A stretch of DNA of 64,000 bases from Sedimentisphaerales bacterium (lineage in GTDB: Bacteria > Planctomycetota > Phycisphaerae > Sedimentisphaerales > Anaerobacaceae). The notes under the pieces were generated by a model. The model was given only the letters and a program-made list of their open reading frames with translations, made no database searches and was not told where the DNA came from. Every line of letters begins with the position of its first letter. The first letter of the stretch is position 1. A program made the translations under genes and the position numbers. This document shows positions 10,813-21,015 of this stretch, in pieces. The stretch covers positions 5,824,001 through 5,888,000 of the forward strand of contig OY970194.1 of the NCBI GenBank assembly GCA_963708075.1, given 5' to 3'.

Positions 10813-12192
10813 ATGGATAGCCTGACAAGGGTGTGTTCACAGATGGTTACCGGATTTCCCGTGATCGGCATGAGGTCGGAGGAGATCGGTCCGTATTGCC
10901 CCTGGATAGGCGGGGTGCTGGCGTTGCTGTGCCTGTGGGCGGCGCTGCGAGCGAATCATCGCAGACGCGTCATTGACGACACGCCTACCTCTAAGACGAC
11001 CGGTGTGTTCATCGGCACGGTTGAGGTCAAGGGCACGGCTGAAGCCCTGCGACCCCTGGTGAGCCACCTGGCGGAGCAGCCGTGTGTCTACTATTCATGG
11101 TCCGTGGCGGAACACTGGTCGCGTACTGTGACGGAGACGTACAGAGATAGCGACGGCAAGACCAAAACGCGCACGCGCCACGAGAGCGGCTGGACGACAG
11201 TGGCCGACGGCGGCGAGCAGAGTGCGTTCTACCTGAAAGACGACGCGGGGATTGTTCAGGTCCAGCCGGAGGGGGCCAAGATCGAGCCGGTGACGATCTT
11301 CAGCGAGTCTTGCCGCCGGGGAGACCCGCTCTATTATGCGAAAGGGCCCGCCGGTGCGGTGGCTCATTCGGATTACCGCAGGCAGTTTACGGAGACAGCC
11401 ATTCCGATCCATACGCCGCTGTACGTGATGGGCCAGGCGCGGGAGCGCAAGGACGTCGTCGCCCCGGAGATCGCCTGGGATCCCGACTGTCCCATGTTTC
11501 TAATCTCTTGCAGGGGCGAGCAGGAGATCAGCCTTGGCTTCGCGGCCGGATACTGGGTCTGGGGGATCGCGGGGCTGGTGTTGGCGGTTGGTGGGGTGGT
11601 CGTCGGCAGAGCCGCTGTGGATGAAGTCTCACGTGGCGACATCACGTTCTTTCTCGTGGCCGCCTTCGCGTATGGATTGCTCTGGGCTCTGGGGTGGGTC
11701 TGGCTCGTCTTCAACAGTCTCATCGGCCTGCGAAACCGCGTGGGTCAGGCGTGGTCCCTGGTGGACGTGCAACTGAAACGCCGGCATGACCTGATTCCCA
11801 ACCTCGTGACGGTGGTCAAGGGACTGAGCGACCATGAGCGCCGCGTGCAAACCGAGATGGCCGCGCTGCGGACGCAGATGGAGGCCACACCGCCGGGCGT
11901 GACCGGGCCGGACTATCGCGCCTGCGCCAAACTGCTCCTCGCGGTGCAGGAGAAGTACCCGCAACTGCGAGCTCAGGACGCGTTTCTGAGTCTCCACAGG
12001 AATCTGACGGAAACCGAGCAGCGCATCGCCCTGGCCCGCGGCTACTTCAACGACATCGCCACCTATTACAACACGCGCCTCGAGAGAGTCCCCGACCGAT
12101 TCGTCAGGGGCCTGGCCGCCCTCGAGCCACGAGTCCTCATGGCCGCCAACGACTTCGAGCGGGCCGAAGTGTCTGTCAATCTGGCCCGGTAG
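10813..12192 (+). CDS. GIDE-domain / LemA fusion membrane protein
   Basis: N-half DTPTSK..VEVKG..PCVYY..FYLKDDAG (GIDE-like); C-half FNSLIGLRNRVGQAWSLVDVQLKRRHDLIPNLV..EKYPQLRA (LemA); start uncertain (10813 or 10870). Confidence 0.8.
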   Translation: MDSLTRVCSQMVTGFPVIGMRSEEIGPYCPWIGGVLALLCLWAALRANHRRRVIDDTPTSKTTGVFIGTVEVKGTAEALRPLVSHLAEQPCVYYSWSVAEHWSRTVTETYRDSDGKTKTRTRHESGWTTVADGGEQSAFYLKDDAGIVQVQPEGAKIEPVTIFSESCRRGDPLYYAKGPAGAVAHSDYRRQFTETAIPIHTPLYVMGQARERKDVVAPEIAWDPDCPMFLISCRGEQEISLGFAAGYWVWGIAGLVLAVGGVVVGRAAVDEVSRGDITFFLVAAFAYGLLWALGWVWLVFNSLIGLRNRVGQAWSLVDVQLKRRHDLIPNLVTVVKGLSDHERRVQTEMAALRTQMEATPPGVTGPDYRACAKLLLAVQEKYPQLRAQDAFLSLHRNLTETEQRIALARGYFNDIATYYNTRLERVPDRFVRGLAALEPRVLMAANDFERAEVSVNLAR

Positions 12193-12442
12193 ACTTTCTC
12201 AGTCCCGCGTCAATAGCTAACCTGGCCTCTCTGCTCGGCGGTCGCTTCGTTCCCCGGGACAGTAGCCCGGGAATGAAGAAGCCGAATGCTGCCCCCAGCC
12301 AAAAGCTCCAAATTATGGGAGTCAGGATCGTCTCACTGTCGCCCCTGAGCCCAATAACCGCCAGGAAGACGAACCCTACGATCGCTCCGATAAATGCAAA
12401 GAACACCGTTGACAGCAAACGAATCAGAATCTTTTTGAGCAT
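12176..12442 (-). CDS. Small two-TM membrane protein
   Basis: GGAGG RBS before MLKKILIRLL; two hydrophobic helices. Confidence 0.55.
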   Translation of the reverse strand: MLKKILIRLLSTVFFAFIGAIVGFVFLAVIGLRGDSETILTPIIWSFWLGAAFGFFIPGLLSRGTKRPPSREARLAIDAGLRKSTGPD

Positions 12443-12679
12443 GACCCATTCACCTCCGCTGGAAGTCTTTGCAGTCCCGTTGTCACTCGATGCCATCCTT
12501 AGGGCAGCCGTTGCGTATGGACAGAGCGAAACGCCCAGTCACTTGCTCTGCCCCTATCCGCTACCCTTATATCGACCGATTGACCCCCGTCCTTGATCAG
12601 GCCCCGGTCAACAGACAGCGAGAGGTATGGGTTGGCACTGGTGGAGGATGCAAAGGGCCACCCCCGGTTCAGTTGCTCT

Positions 12680-13633
12680 CTATAGATACTTCTCCAGCAG
12701 GGCCTTCGTTTTGCGGATACCTTCCTCCTCGCTCTGGGTATTGCCCTCGAACTCGATGCCAATGTAGCCCTTGTACCCGGAGGCCTTCACGAGGCCGATC
12801 AGTTTCTTGTAGTCCATGAGCGGCTGCTCGCCGTTGGCGTCGAAGTCATAGGACTTGGCGCTGACGCCCTTGGCAAAGGGCAGCAGCTCCTCCACGCCTT
12901 TGTAGCGGTCATACATATCCTCGCACCCGTCCTGCGTGGTGCCCCAGGGCTGCGAGATGCAGAAGTTCCCAAAGTCCGGCAGCGTCCCCACGTTGGGACG
13001 CGACACATGTTTCACCACGCCGGCCAGCCACGCGGCGTTAGATGTCACGCCGCCATGGTTTTCCACAACGATATTGATCTTCATCGTCTCTGCATACTCG
13101 CCCAGCCGCCCAAGCGAATCCACCGAAGCGGTTCTTTTCTCCTCGGCCGACCCCTCGCCATGCAGATTGACGCGAATGGTCTTGCACCCCAGGACCTTCG
13201 CCGCCTCCACCCACTTCTTATGATTCTCCACCGCCGACAACCGCGCCTTCTCATCCGCCGTAGCGAGCTGCCCTTCGTCATCCACCATAAGCAGATGATT
13301 CACGACTCCCGCGTCCTTGCTCCTGGTCAGCAACTCCTTCAGATAAGCAGCATTCTTCCCGGCCTCCGTAAACTTCATCTTCCCGCCGCCAAAGAACCCA
13401 TTGACATACTCCACCGCCGAAATCCCAAAGTCCCTCTTGGCTTTCTCTGGAAAACCCAAATGATCCAGCTTCCCCCCATAAATCGCCCGATGCAACGACC
13501 ACTCCGCCAGAGAAATCTCAATGCGTGACTCCGATGCACCAAGCCCTTTCAGCGAAGGCCCAACCATCAATGCCCCCGCCCCCAGCAAGGATTGCCTGAC
13601 GAACGCCCTGCGTGTTGTACCTGCCATTTTCAT
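12680..13633 (-). CDS. Tat-exported sugar phosphate isomerase/epimerase (AP endonuclease 2-like TIM barrel)
   Basis: TRRAF Tat motif, ISLAEWSLHR, VENHGG, LPDFGNF, VSAKS, IGIEFEG. Confidence 0.85.
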   Translation of the reverse strand: MKMAGTTRRAFVRQSLLGAGALMVGPSLKGLGASESRIEISLAEWSLHRAIYGGKLDHLGFPEKAKRDFGISAVEYVNGFFGGGKMKFTEAGKNAAYLKELLTRSKDAGVVNHLLMVDDEGQLATADEKARLSAVENHKKWVEAAKVLGCKTIRVNLHGEGSAEEKRTASVDSLGRLGEYAETMKINIVVENHGGVTSNAAWLAGVVKHVSRPNVGTLPDFGNFCISQPWGTTQDGCEDMYDRYKGVEELLPFAKGVSAKSYDFDANGEQPLMDYKKLIGLVKASGYKGYIGIEFEGNTQSEEEGIRKTKALLEKYL

Positions 13634-13657
13634 TACCGCTTCTCACTTAGTTGTCGG

Positions 13658-16180
13658 CTAACGCCATATTCTTTTTATCGTCTCCTCCTGGGAATACCCT
13701 ATGGGGCAAGCTGAGCTTTTGGTGTTGGCCCGGTAGCTGCCGAGCGTCTCGTTGGGGCAGGTGATCATGCGGCTCACCGGCATTTGAAGATGGCCGTTGG
13801 GATCTGTCTCTCTGATCCAGTTGTAAGCGTACACAAGCCACCGGTCTCTGTAGCCCTCGCTCTGGAGCGAGAACCACGATATCTCATCCCACCCCCAGAC
13901 GAATATGGACGTCGTATCGGCGACATTGGGGGACCTGCTGCGCCCGAAGTTGTCGAATTCGACGAGGTATGGCAGGCTTTTGCAGCTCCAGCCGCTGGGC
14001 GAGATGCAGCCCTTGCTCTTTCCGTACATGGCGTCGAGGTGGTTCACCTCCAGCACCGCCTCATAGGGCTTCTCGGGCACTGCCTTGATGCGCATCGGAA
14101 AGGAGTTGAAATCCAGGAGACTGACGCCGTCCACGATCATGCCCCAGGTCGGAACGTGCGCATCCAGCAGGACCAGGTGACGGCGTGCATGCGTCTTCGC
14201 ATACGAGCGGATCTTCGCCAGGAGGCGCGACCATTCCTTCAGGCCCGGATCGGCCATGCCGATGAGGGCGACCTGCCCCAAGTGAAGGGCCTCGCAGCCG
14301 AGGTCGATGTAGGAACCCGCCAGATAGTAGAACCATAGCTGTGTTTCGAGCCTGGTGACATCGGGAACGCTGCTTCGGCCCCAGTGTTTGACCAGCTTGC
14401 CGTCCTTGTTGAGCATCGCCTCATAGGAGAATGTCCTGTCCTCGACGGCCACACCGAAATCCGTGAACACCCAGGAGGGGATCTTCACGCGGTTGACGTC
14501 CGGGCTGATCGTCTCAAACAGACATCCCTGGAAGACGACGTCCGGGTCGAAGGCATGGACCTTGTCGATCAACGCTATTGCGTCCTTCCAGAAGTTGGGA
14601 TCATTCAGCCGGCTCTCTCCGTTCCAGCGGTAGATGGCCCGGCCGATGAACTTGGCGCCGATGTTCTCGATCAGACGTACATCGTCGTCTCTGTAGAGAT
14701 ACTCGCGGTTGCCCTCGGGCTTTCCCGTGACCAGAAAATAGGCCATGGTCACGGAGCGGTCCAAGTAGTTCTCCAGCACCTCCCGCGAGATGGTTCCATC
14801 GAAATGATAGTCGCGGGGGTGCCACTCATAGGCGCCGAGGTCGATGGCTTTGCCCTGGGGGCGGGGGATGCGGTCGCGGTCGAGTTTGGGGGCGTTGACA
14901 CTGCTGCCGGCGTCGATGGCCGCTGTACCGGGCAACAGGTGCAGGTCGAAGCGGGCCGCATCGACGAAGAGGGCGGCCGGGTCCTGGATTGTCAGGTTGT
15001 TCTCTTCCAGCACGCCCGCGGCACTGGTGAAAGCGGTGGCCAGGTTGTTGCGCACGACACAGTTGACCGGGGCCGTTCCGTTCTTATGTTTGTCGATACA
15101 TATCCAGGGCGGGCCGGGGCGGGTGTTGTTCTGGTCCAGGACGGTGTTGTTGATCACCAGGCAATTGCGTGCCCCCAGCAGGGTAATGCCGTGCCAGTGA
15201 TCGGTGATGATCACGTTGTTCTCAATGACCCAGTCCACAAAGGTGCCGTCGAAGCAGCCGATGCCCTGCAGAGTCCCGCGATAGGGCTGGTTCGGATCGA
15301 CGTAGTTGATGATCGTGTTGCCCCGCAGGACCACGCCTATGACCTCGCCGCTGCCTACACCGTTTGGGCCTGTGGACCAGGACTGAAAGCCGTCGTCGTG
15401 ATTCGCGTTGACCTTGTAGCAGTTCTTCACGGTGTTGTACTCGAAGGTGCAGTGATTGCCGAGCCCGCGCAAGCCGTCGCCCGCGAAGTTCTCCACGAGA
15501 TTGCCGGTGATGAGGGAGTCGCCGGCCCCCACGGAAATCCCGAAGTTGACGTTAAGCAGGCGGTTGTCGCGGATCGTCATGCGCGTGCCGTCCACCTGGA
15601 TTCCGTTGCAGGACAATCGGTCCCAGTCCTCGGCGGTCCAGGCGGAGGCGTCCGCCACGGAGAAAACCGTGCAATGCTCCACCGCGATGTCATGGACGGG
15701 GCCGCCCCAATTGTGGCTTTCGAGGTGAACCAGGGTGTGTCGCTTGTAGGTCTCGCTGAACTCAGCACTGATGCTCAGCCCGCGGATCGTCCAGTGTGAG
15801 GCGGAGCGGATGTGCAGGGAGGACAGACGCGGCGTATGACCTTCATCGGCCGCGATGGTGATGTTGCCGAGGTTGTAATACTTGTCGATCAGCAGGTCGC
15901 CATGAAACCCCGACCGGAGCCAAATCTTGTCACCCGCTCGCACCGGGGCGCCGGCATTCTTAGCCACGAGTTTGCTCTGGGGCGTGTACGGCAGTTTGTC
16001 CCACTGCTGTGATTCCACCAGCCCGGCGTTGAAGACCTCCTGGATCGTCCGCCAGGGACGGCTCGCGCTGCCGTCGCCCGTGGGACTGCCGTTCACCGGG
16101 TCCACGTAAAACTCAGATGCGTGCGTCTGCAAGGGGACAAGACAGAATCCAATGCACAATAACAAGGTCCGTGCCATCAC
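13658..16180 (-). CDS. Secreted beta-helix protein with choice-of-anchor-Q-like segment and a C-terminal domain of unknown function
   Basis: FYVDP..GDGSASRPWRTI start, parallel beta-helix repeats, HDDGFQ, AIDAG..RPQG..DLGAYE, then about 390 further aa. Confidence 0.75.
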   Translation of the reverse strand: MMARTLLLCIGFCLVPLQTHASEFYVDPVNGSPTGDGSASRPWRTIQEVFNAGLVESQQWDKLPYTPQSKLVAKNAGAPVRAGDKIWLRSGFHGDLLIDKYYNLGNITIAADEGHTPRLSSLHIRSASHWTIRGLSISAEFSETYKRHTLVHLESHNWGGPVHDIAVEHCTVFSVADASAWTAEDWDRLSCNGIQVDGTRMTIRDNRLLNVNFGISVGAGDSLITGNLVENFAGDGLRGLGNHCTFEYNTVKNCYKVNANHDDGFQSWSTGPNGVGSGEVIGVVLRGNTIINYVDPNQPYRGTLQGIGCFDGTFVDWVIENNVIITDHWHGITLLGARNCLVINNTVLDQNNTRPGPPWICIDKHKNGTAPVNCVVRNNLATAFTSAAGVLEENNLTIQDPAALFVDAARFDLHLLPGTAAIDAGSSVNAPKLDRDRIPRPQGKAIDLGAYEWHPRDYHFDGTISREVLENYLDRSVTMAYFLVTGKPEGNREYLYRDDDVRLIENIGAKFIGRAIYRWNGESRLNDPNFWKDAIALIDKVHAFDPDVVFQGCLFETISPDVNRVKIPSWVFTDFGVAVEDRTFSYEAMLNKDGKLVKHWGRSSVPDVTRLETQLWFYYLAGSYIDLGCEALHLGQVALIGMADPGLKEWSRLLAKIRSYAKTHARRHLVLLDAHVPTWGMIVDGVSLLDFNSFPMRIKAVPEKPYEAVLEVNHLDAMYGKSKGCISPSGWSCKSLPYLVEFDNFGRSRSPNVADTTSIFVWGWDEISWFSLQSEGYRDRWLVYAYNWIRETDPNGHLQMPVSRMITCPNETLGSYRANTKSSACPIGYSQEETIKRIWR

Positions 16181-16292
16181 TGTTCCTCTACGATTCTCTT
16201 ATTCCGGGGAAAGCAAAGCGGTCAAGCCGCCAAAGGTGTCATGCTCAACCTTGACAGTAGTTATACCCTCTCCTCGCCGTCTATGGAATTGC

Positions 16293-17243
16293 TCACGTGT
16301 CCCTCTTCTCGCCGAACTGCCTCACGAGTGCGGCGTTCTCGGAGATCTGGTCGTGGTGGCGCGGGTACATGCCGACGATCACTCCGTCGATGGACTTGAG
16401 GCGGTCGAAGGCGAACTTGAACGCCTCCTGCACCGCCTGCGCGCTATCGCACTTTCGACCGGCGCCGAGGATTTTGAAGCCCAGGCACGGCTGCTTGACC
16501 TGCCGGGCCACTGCCGTCATCGCCGCTGGATCGGAGGCAAAGAACCCATGGCCCTTCGGCATTGCGTCAGAGGCCGGCATCTTGGCCGTTTCCTCGCTGG
16601 ACCTCGTCAGGTTGTGGAAGCAGGTCATGAAGAAATCGACCTCCCAGCCCTCGTCGGCGATCCGCTTGATGCAGTCGGGATTGTGGGCCGAGACCCCTGC
16701 GAGAATGCCCGCATCGTGAACGCGTTTCACGAAATCATGGACCTGCCGGCTCTGTCCCTGCCGGAACAGCGAGTCGGTGACCCCGCCGTGATGGACCATC
16801 GCGATGGGCCCCGTGTCTCGGACCACCTGCTCGATTCCGCCGCCGGAGTGCAGGCAGATGAACTGCATCTTCGATCCCCGTTCCCGCAGGGTCCGAATGA
16901 TGCCGGTCATCAGCCCCGGATCATGGAACTGATGCGTGTTGACGCCGACACGCTCGCAATTGGACAGGAGCTCGACGACTCGCTCGCGGGTGAAGTACTC
17001 CCGCATCTCTCGATCCATGGCCGAGCCCAGGTAGGAGATCCCGCCGATGGGGTTGGCGCCCACGACCAGCCGGCTCATCTGGTGCTTGCCCAGCCGGATC
17101 ATCGGCAACGACCCGGGCGAATCAGAGCTTGCCGGCGCAGTCTCCTTCCCCTGTGACGTTCTACCGCCGGCCAAAGCTGATCCGGCGACGCCCAGTGAAA
17201 GCCGCCGGAGGAATTCTCTACGCGAAGTCCCATTCGAGTGCAT
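16293..17243 (-). CDS. Tat-exported aldo/keto-reductase-like protein
   Basis: SRREFL Tat motif, SRLVVGANP, GFKILGAGR, GVIVGM; GGAGG RBS. Confidence 0.65.
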   Translation of the reverse strand: MHSNGTSRREFLRRLSLGVAGSALAGGRTSQGKETAPASSDSPGSLPMIRLGKHQMSRLVVGANPIGGISYLGSAMDREMREYFTRERVVELLSNCERVGVNTHQFHDPGLMTGIIRTLRERGSKMQFICLHSGGGIEQVVRDTGPIAMVHHGGVTDSLFRQGQSRQVHDFVKRVHDAGILAGVSAHNPDCIKRIADEGWEVDFFMTCFHNLTRSSEETAKMPASDAMPKGHGFFASDPAAMTAVARQVKQPCLGFKILGAGRKCDSAQAVQEAFKFAFDRLKSIDGVIVGMYPRHHDQISENAALVRQFGEKRDT

Positions 17244-17423
17244 ACCAGCCTCCTGAGAAGAATTGGAGTTTTCAGGTACATTCTTCGAGGTCATCTCTCA
17301 ACCTCCCAAAGTCGTCACGCTCAACTTTTCCCGCCCTATTGTAGCCGGGCCTTTGGGCTCGGGCCAAGGGAAAAGCGGCCGAGGAAAACGCGGGTGTTTA
17401 TCCAGTTTCACGGGCGCTGTGCC

Positions 17424-17516
17424 GGGTGGCAGCGGCAATCGCCAGCTTGCCGATGGCCCCTCCGATGCGCAGCACCATCGGCAAGCTTCGCTGCTCTTCG
17501 CTTGCCGCTGCCACCC
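17424..17516. repeat. GGGTGGCAGC-class palindromic doublet
   Basis: GGGTGGCAGCGGCAA..TTGCCGATGG...CCATCGGCAAG..TTGCCGCTGCCACCC; four related copies in window. Confidence 0.85.
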
Positions 17517-17580
17517 GACTACCAGGTTTGTCTTCACAGATACAAACGACGTGTGTGACTACACTTTGTGGCGGGAACCG

Positions 17581-18378
17581 TCAGAATTCCCGGGCCAGGC
17601 TGATGCCTATCGCCGGGGTCTCGTAGTTGCCGTAGTAGGGCAGCACTTCGAATCCCGCGATTTCAAGGTTGGCGTGGCGACGGGCGACCGTGTGGCCGAC
17701 GACCCAGCCGAGCGTCGCGCCGAAGAGCACATCGCTGGCCCAGTGATCGCCGTCATCCATCATGCGCCAGGCGACGAGGCCGGCGACGGCATAGGCCGGC
17801 AGGCCCACCTTCAGGCCGTAGAATTCGTGCAGTACGGAGGCGACGGCGACCGAGCTGGAGGTGTGGCCGCTGGGCCAGGCCCAGGACTGGCCGTCAGGCT
17901 GATCGTTATGCCGGATCGCCTTGAGTCCGCCCGTGACGGCCCCGGTGATCGTCAACGCGGAGAGCATCGTCACCGCCTGCTGCCGGCCCGCGTCGTCCTG
18001 GCCCTCGGCGTCCAGGACGTACCAGAGGGCCGTACCGGCGAAGTGCGTTACCGGCGAGCCGATGACAAAGAGGGCTTCATCGCTGAAGCCGCCAAACGTG
18101 TCGTGTCTGTCGAAGTAGTCGGCGATCTCGTCATCCGCGCTGCCGTTATTCATCGCAGCGCTCGCCACTCCGGCCCAGGCCAGGGCGGCCAGGTTGTCAC
18201 CGTTGAAGAACGTGGCCTTTGCATCCGCTTTCAGGCGGCTGCCAAAGACGTCGAGGTCGGCCTTGGCGGCGTCGAACCAGCCGGTGTGCGCGGTCGTTGA
18301 CTCCTGTTCTGCCGCCATGGCGGGAAACGACAGGACCACCACACAAAGCCAAAGTAGTTTGTCAGGCCATCGTGACAT
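17581..18378 (-). CDS. PAP2-family phosphatase
   Basis: K-x6-P, PSGH, WRMMDDGDHWASDV motifs; signal peptide; start uncertain. Confidence 0.85.
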   Translation of the reverse strand: MSRWPDKLLWLCVVVLSFPAMAAEQESTTAHTGWFDAAKADLDVFGSRLKADAKATFFNGDNLAALAWAGVASAAMNNGSADDEIADYFDRHDTFGGFSDEALFVIGSPVTHFAGTALWYVLDAEGQDDAGRQQAVTMLSALTITGAVTGGLKAIRHNDQPDGQSWAWPSGHTSSSVAVASVLHEFYGLKVGLPAYAVAGLVAWRMMDDGDHWASDVLFGATLGWVVGHTVARRHANLEIAGFEVLPYYGNYETPAIGISLAREF

Positions 18379-18482
18379 CACGCCACATGATAGCGTCATC
18401 CCGCAAGACCGCCAGAGAATAACGCCCGTCTGAACATCCTGGGGTGCACGACAGGATTTTGGCAGAGCAAGCATGAGGTTGT

Positions 18483-18571
18483 GGGTGGCAGCGTCAAGCG
18501 CAGCTTGGCGATGGCATTCCTGGAATGCGGTGCAACCATCGCCAAGGCCTGCGGCCTTGACGCTGCCACCC
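18483..18571. repeat. GGGTGGCAGC-class palindromic doublet
   Basis: GGGTGGCAGCGTCAAG...CTTGACGCTGCCACCC with paired substitutions in both arms. Confidence 0.85.
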
Positions 18572-18665
18572 CGGCCCAACTGCCGCTTTTTTGTCGTACC
18601 CCCGCTTCCTGCCCGAAAGCCCGGGGGCAAAGGGACGGTAGTCGGCAGGCGGATGTCCCTGGTGT

Positions 18666-19478
18666 TTATTCCTTCTCGCAGTCGATCCACACGGCATCGT
18701 TCATGTAGGCGCGGGCGTACTCGTACGTCATCCAGCCGTCGCGGCCGTTGTTGTTGGAGTTGCGGAAGAGGAACATGCCCCCGCCGGGCTGTTGCGAATC
18801 GTCCCGGTACCCTACGAGCAGGACACTGTGTCCATCGAAGACGCCTTCCGGCGGCGCCATTTCAAGAACGTCGTCCTTCCACTTCACTTGCTTGGGCCAG
18901 CGAAATCCCCCGCAGACGGGCCACTGCCGGTTGAGGACTCGCTTGATCGCACCGAGCTGCGCGTCGGTGAGTCCCGTGTTGGGGTCCCACCGCTTGATCC
19001 AATGCAATTGGAGACCAGCCTCGTGCATCTGCTTGGCGTGATCCTTTGCCTCCTCGCTGGGCGCACGGTTGGGATCGAACTTGTCCTGATAGGGCATGTC
19101 CTGCTCGGGACACGCGCCGTAGAGGGTGAACCCCCGCCATAGATCCGAGAAGAAGCTGCCGTCATGCTTGTCACGCGTGGCCCGATTCGACGCCCAATTC
19201 AGGAACTCGACACTGAATCGCGTCGTGCGATTGGTCTTGCTCGCCACCGCATACTCCAAGGCTCCCGCCACGGTAAAGACCGAGCAGGTGTTCCGCCTGC
19301 CCTGCACCCGCGGCGTCAGGCCCCACTTCTTAAAGGCCGGCCGAAGGTCAGCGCTGCCACCCGGAGTGCTGCCGGCAGACGGTCCGGCCAGACCAGTCCC
19401 CGGGAGCATCAAAGATGCCGCCAGAGCCACGCCGACGAATACCTGACGAATGGTCGAGGGACGACACATGTGCCGCAT
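18666..19478 (-). CDS. Papain-family (C1) cysteine peptidase
   Basis: QGRRNTCSVF (Gln/Cys), GHSVLLVGY (His), FRNS (Asn); signal peptide. Confidence 0.85.
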   Translation of the reverse strand: MRHMCRPSTIRQVFVGVALAASLMLPGTGLAGPSAGSTPGGSADLRPAFKKWGLTPRVQGRRNTCSVFTVAGALEYAVASKTNRTTRFSVEFLNWASNRATRDKHDGSFFSDLWRGFTLYGACPEQDMPYQDKFDPNRAPSEEAKDHAKQMHEAGLQLHWIKRWDPNTGLTDAQLGAIKRVLNRQWPVCGGFRWPKQVKWKDDVLEMAPPEGVFDGHSVLLVGYRDDSQQPGGGMFLFRNSNNNGRDGWMTYEYARAYMNDAVWIDCEKE

Positions 19479-19636
19479 GAGAGATTCCTCACTTTCGCCC
19501 ACTTGCAGGGAGCGATCGACGCCTTGAGATTGTCCAACAATGTCCCGGCCATTCTGCCTTGCGGGACGGAGGTTTGCAACTCATTCTTGCTGAGGCATGT
19601 ACGACAAGATTGTGGCACGACAAGCGTCAAGTTCGT

Positions 19637-19726
19637 GGGTGGCAGCGGCAAGGCCGAAGGCTTTGCCGATGGCGAATGGGCAAACCATCGGCAAGCTCCC
19701 AGGCTGCTCGAACTGCCGACGCAACC
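19637..19726. repeat. GGGTGGCAGC-class palindromic doublet (degenerate right arm)
   Basis: GGGTGGCAGCGGCAAG..TTGCCGATGG..CCATCGGCAAG. Confidence 0.75.
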
Positions 19727-19873
19727 GGTCCCGCAGGTCCTCATTGAAATAGCGAACGATCTTGCGACCGTTGCGCCCGCGGGCGGGCACCGGCACCTTT
19801 GCGGCTGCGCCCGTCATCTTCTCCGGTTCCCTGCCGCCCATCCGACCCCTGTGGAACTCTCAGCAGCAGGGTA

Positions 19874-21013
19874 CTACAGAATGCGTCGGGCCAAAGGTAG
19901 TTGCCTCAGGACGTTGGCGAGCGCGAAGCTGAGTGGGATTGTGACAAGGACGGCGACAGCGAACTTCAGCAGTGGGTACAGGTGCAGGCTTCTGATGGCC
20001 AGGGCAAACAGAATGACGATCGGGGCGTGGATGATGTAGACGGTATAGCTGCTCGAAGCCGCGGCTTGTGCGAGCCGGCCCTGTCGGTTGAATCGCTCTC
20101 GAAAGAGAACGATCAGCGCGACCATGATTACCACCGCAAACAACTGCTCCCACATGGCGTAGGCGAAGGCCTGCCAGTGCGGCCCGCCGAGATACCGCCA
20201 GGTTTGCCCATTCGCAGCACCACCCAGGACAAAGAGAAGCGGCAGAGCGACTACAACAAGCAGACCCGCCAGCAAGAAGCACGGCAGGGCCACCGTAACA
20301 GGCAGCCGCTGCAGCCAGTCCCGCCGGTAGGCGACCACGCCGATAATGAACATGGCAATGTACTGGACAAAAAAGGCAAGCTGCAGGTTGAGCGGCCCGA
20401 ACGCCCAATTGACAGGGAACCAAAGTCTTGCCATGAAGCTCAGGATGCCCAGTAATGCCGCGAAGGCCAGGAAAGCATTCAGGCCGGGAAGACGGCCCGG
20501 GTTGTCGCCCATGCCGAGGACGGGTTTATGAAGTCGTCGCCACGCCACGTAGAGCACGCTGAAGATCAGCAGCGCCTCGACGAACCACAGGGGGCCGCTG
20601 CCGAGGTGAAATCTTGTGTAATAGGAGGTGAGCCAGCCGACAAAGGGTCTTCGCAGGTCGATGATACCGCTCCGGACGAGTACGTAGATCATGAACGGCT
20701 GGATCAGAAACTCAAAGATGAGCAGGGGAATGCCGAGACGCAGGAAGCGGTCCCGCAGGAACGGGCCGGGGCCTTTGCGGTCATAAGAGGCCGCCGTGAA
20801 GTAGGCCGAGAGCAAAAAGAGCAGGCCCATGAAGAACGACTGGCTGATCGCGTTGTGGATGGTCAGCACGATGGCCGTTGGCGTGTCGGCACGGCCCTCT
20901 CTGTAGTACCAGGAGCCTTCTCCGCCGTAGGTGACGCTCAGATGCACGAGGATCACCATGATGATCATCATGGTGCGGAGGTTGTCGACATAGAACAGGC
21001 GGGGTTTCCCCAT
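19874..21013 (-). CDS. Acyltransferase-3 family membrane protein (OpgC/MdoC-like)
   Basis: RLFYVDNLR, FFMGLLFLLSAYF, DRFLRLGIP, GPLWFV, SYTVYIIHAP; about 10 TM helices. Confidence 0.88.
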   Translation of the reverse strand: MGKPRLFYVDNLRTMMIIMVILVHLSVTYGGEGSWYYREGRADTPTAIVLTIHNAISQSFFMGLLFLLSAYFTAASYDRKGPGPFLRDRFLRLGIPLLIFEFLIQPFMIYVLVRSGIIDLRRPFVGWLTSYYTRFHLGSGPLWFVEALLIFSVLYVAWRRLHKPVLGMGDNPGRLPGLNAFLAFAALLGILSFMARLWFPVNWAFGPLNLQLAFFVQYIAMFIIGVVAYRRDWLQRLPVTVALPCFLLAGLLVVVALPLLFVLGGAANGQTWRYLGGPHWQAFAYAMWEQLFAVVIMVALIVLFRERFNRQGRLAQAAASSSYTVYIIHAPIVILFALAIRSLHLYPLLKFAVAVLVTIPLSFALANVLRQLPLARRIL

Positions 21014-21015
21014 GG

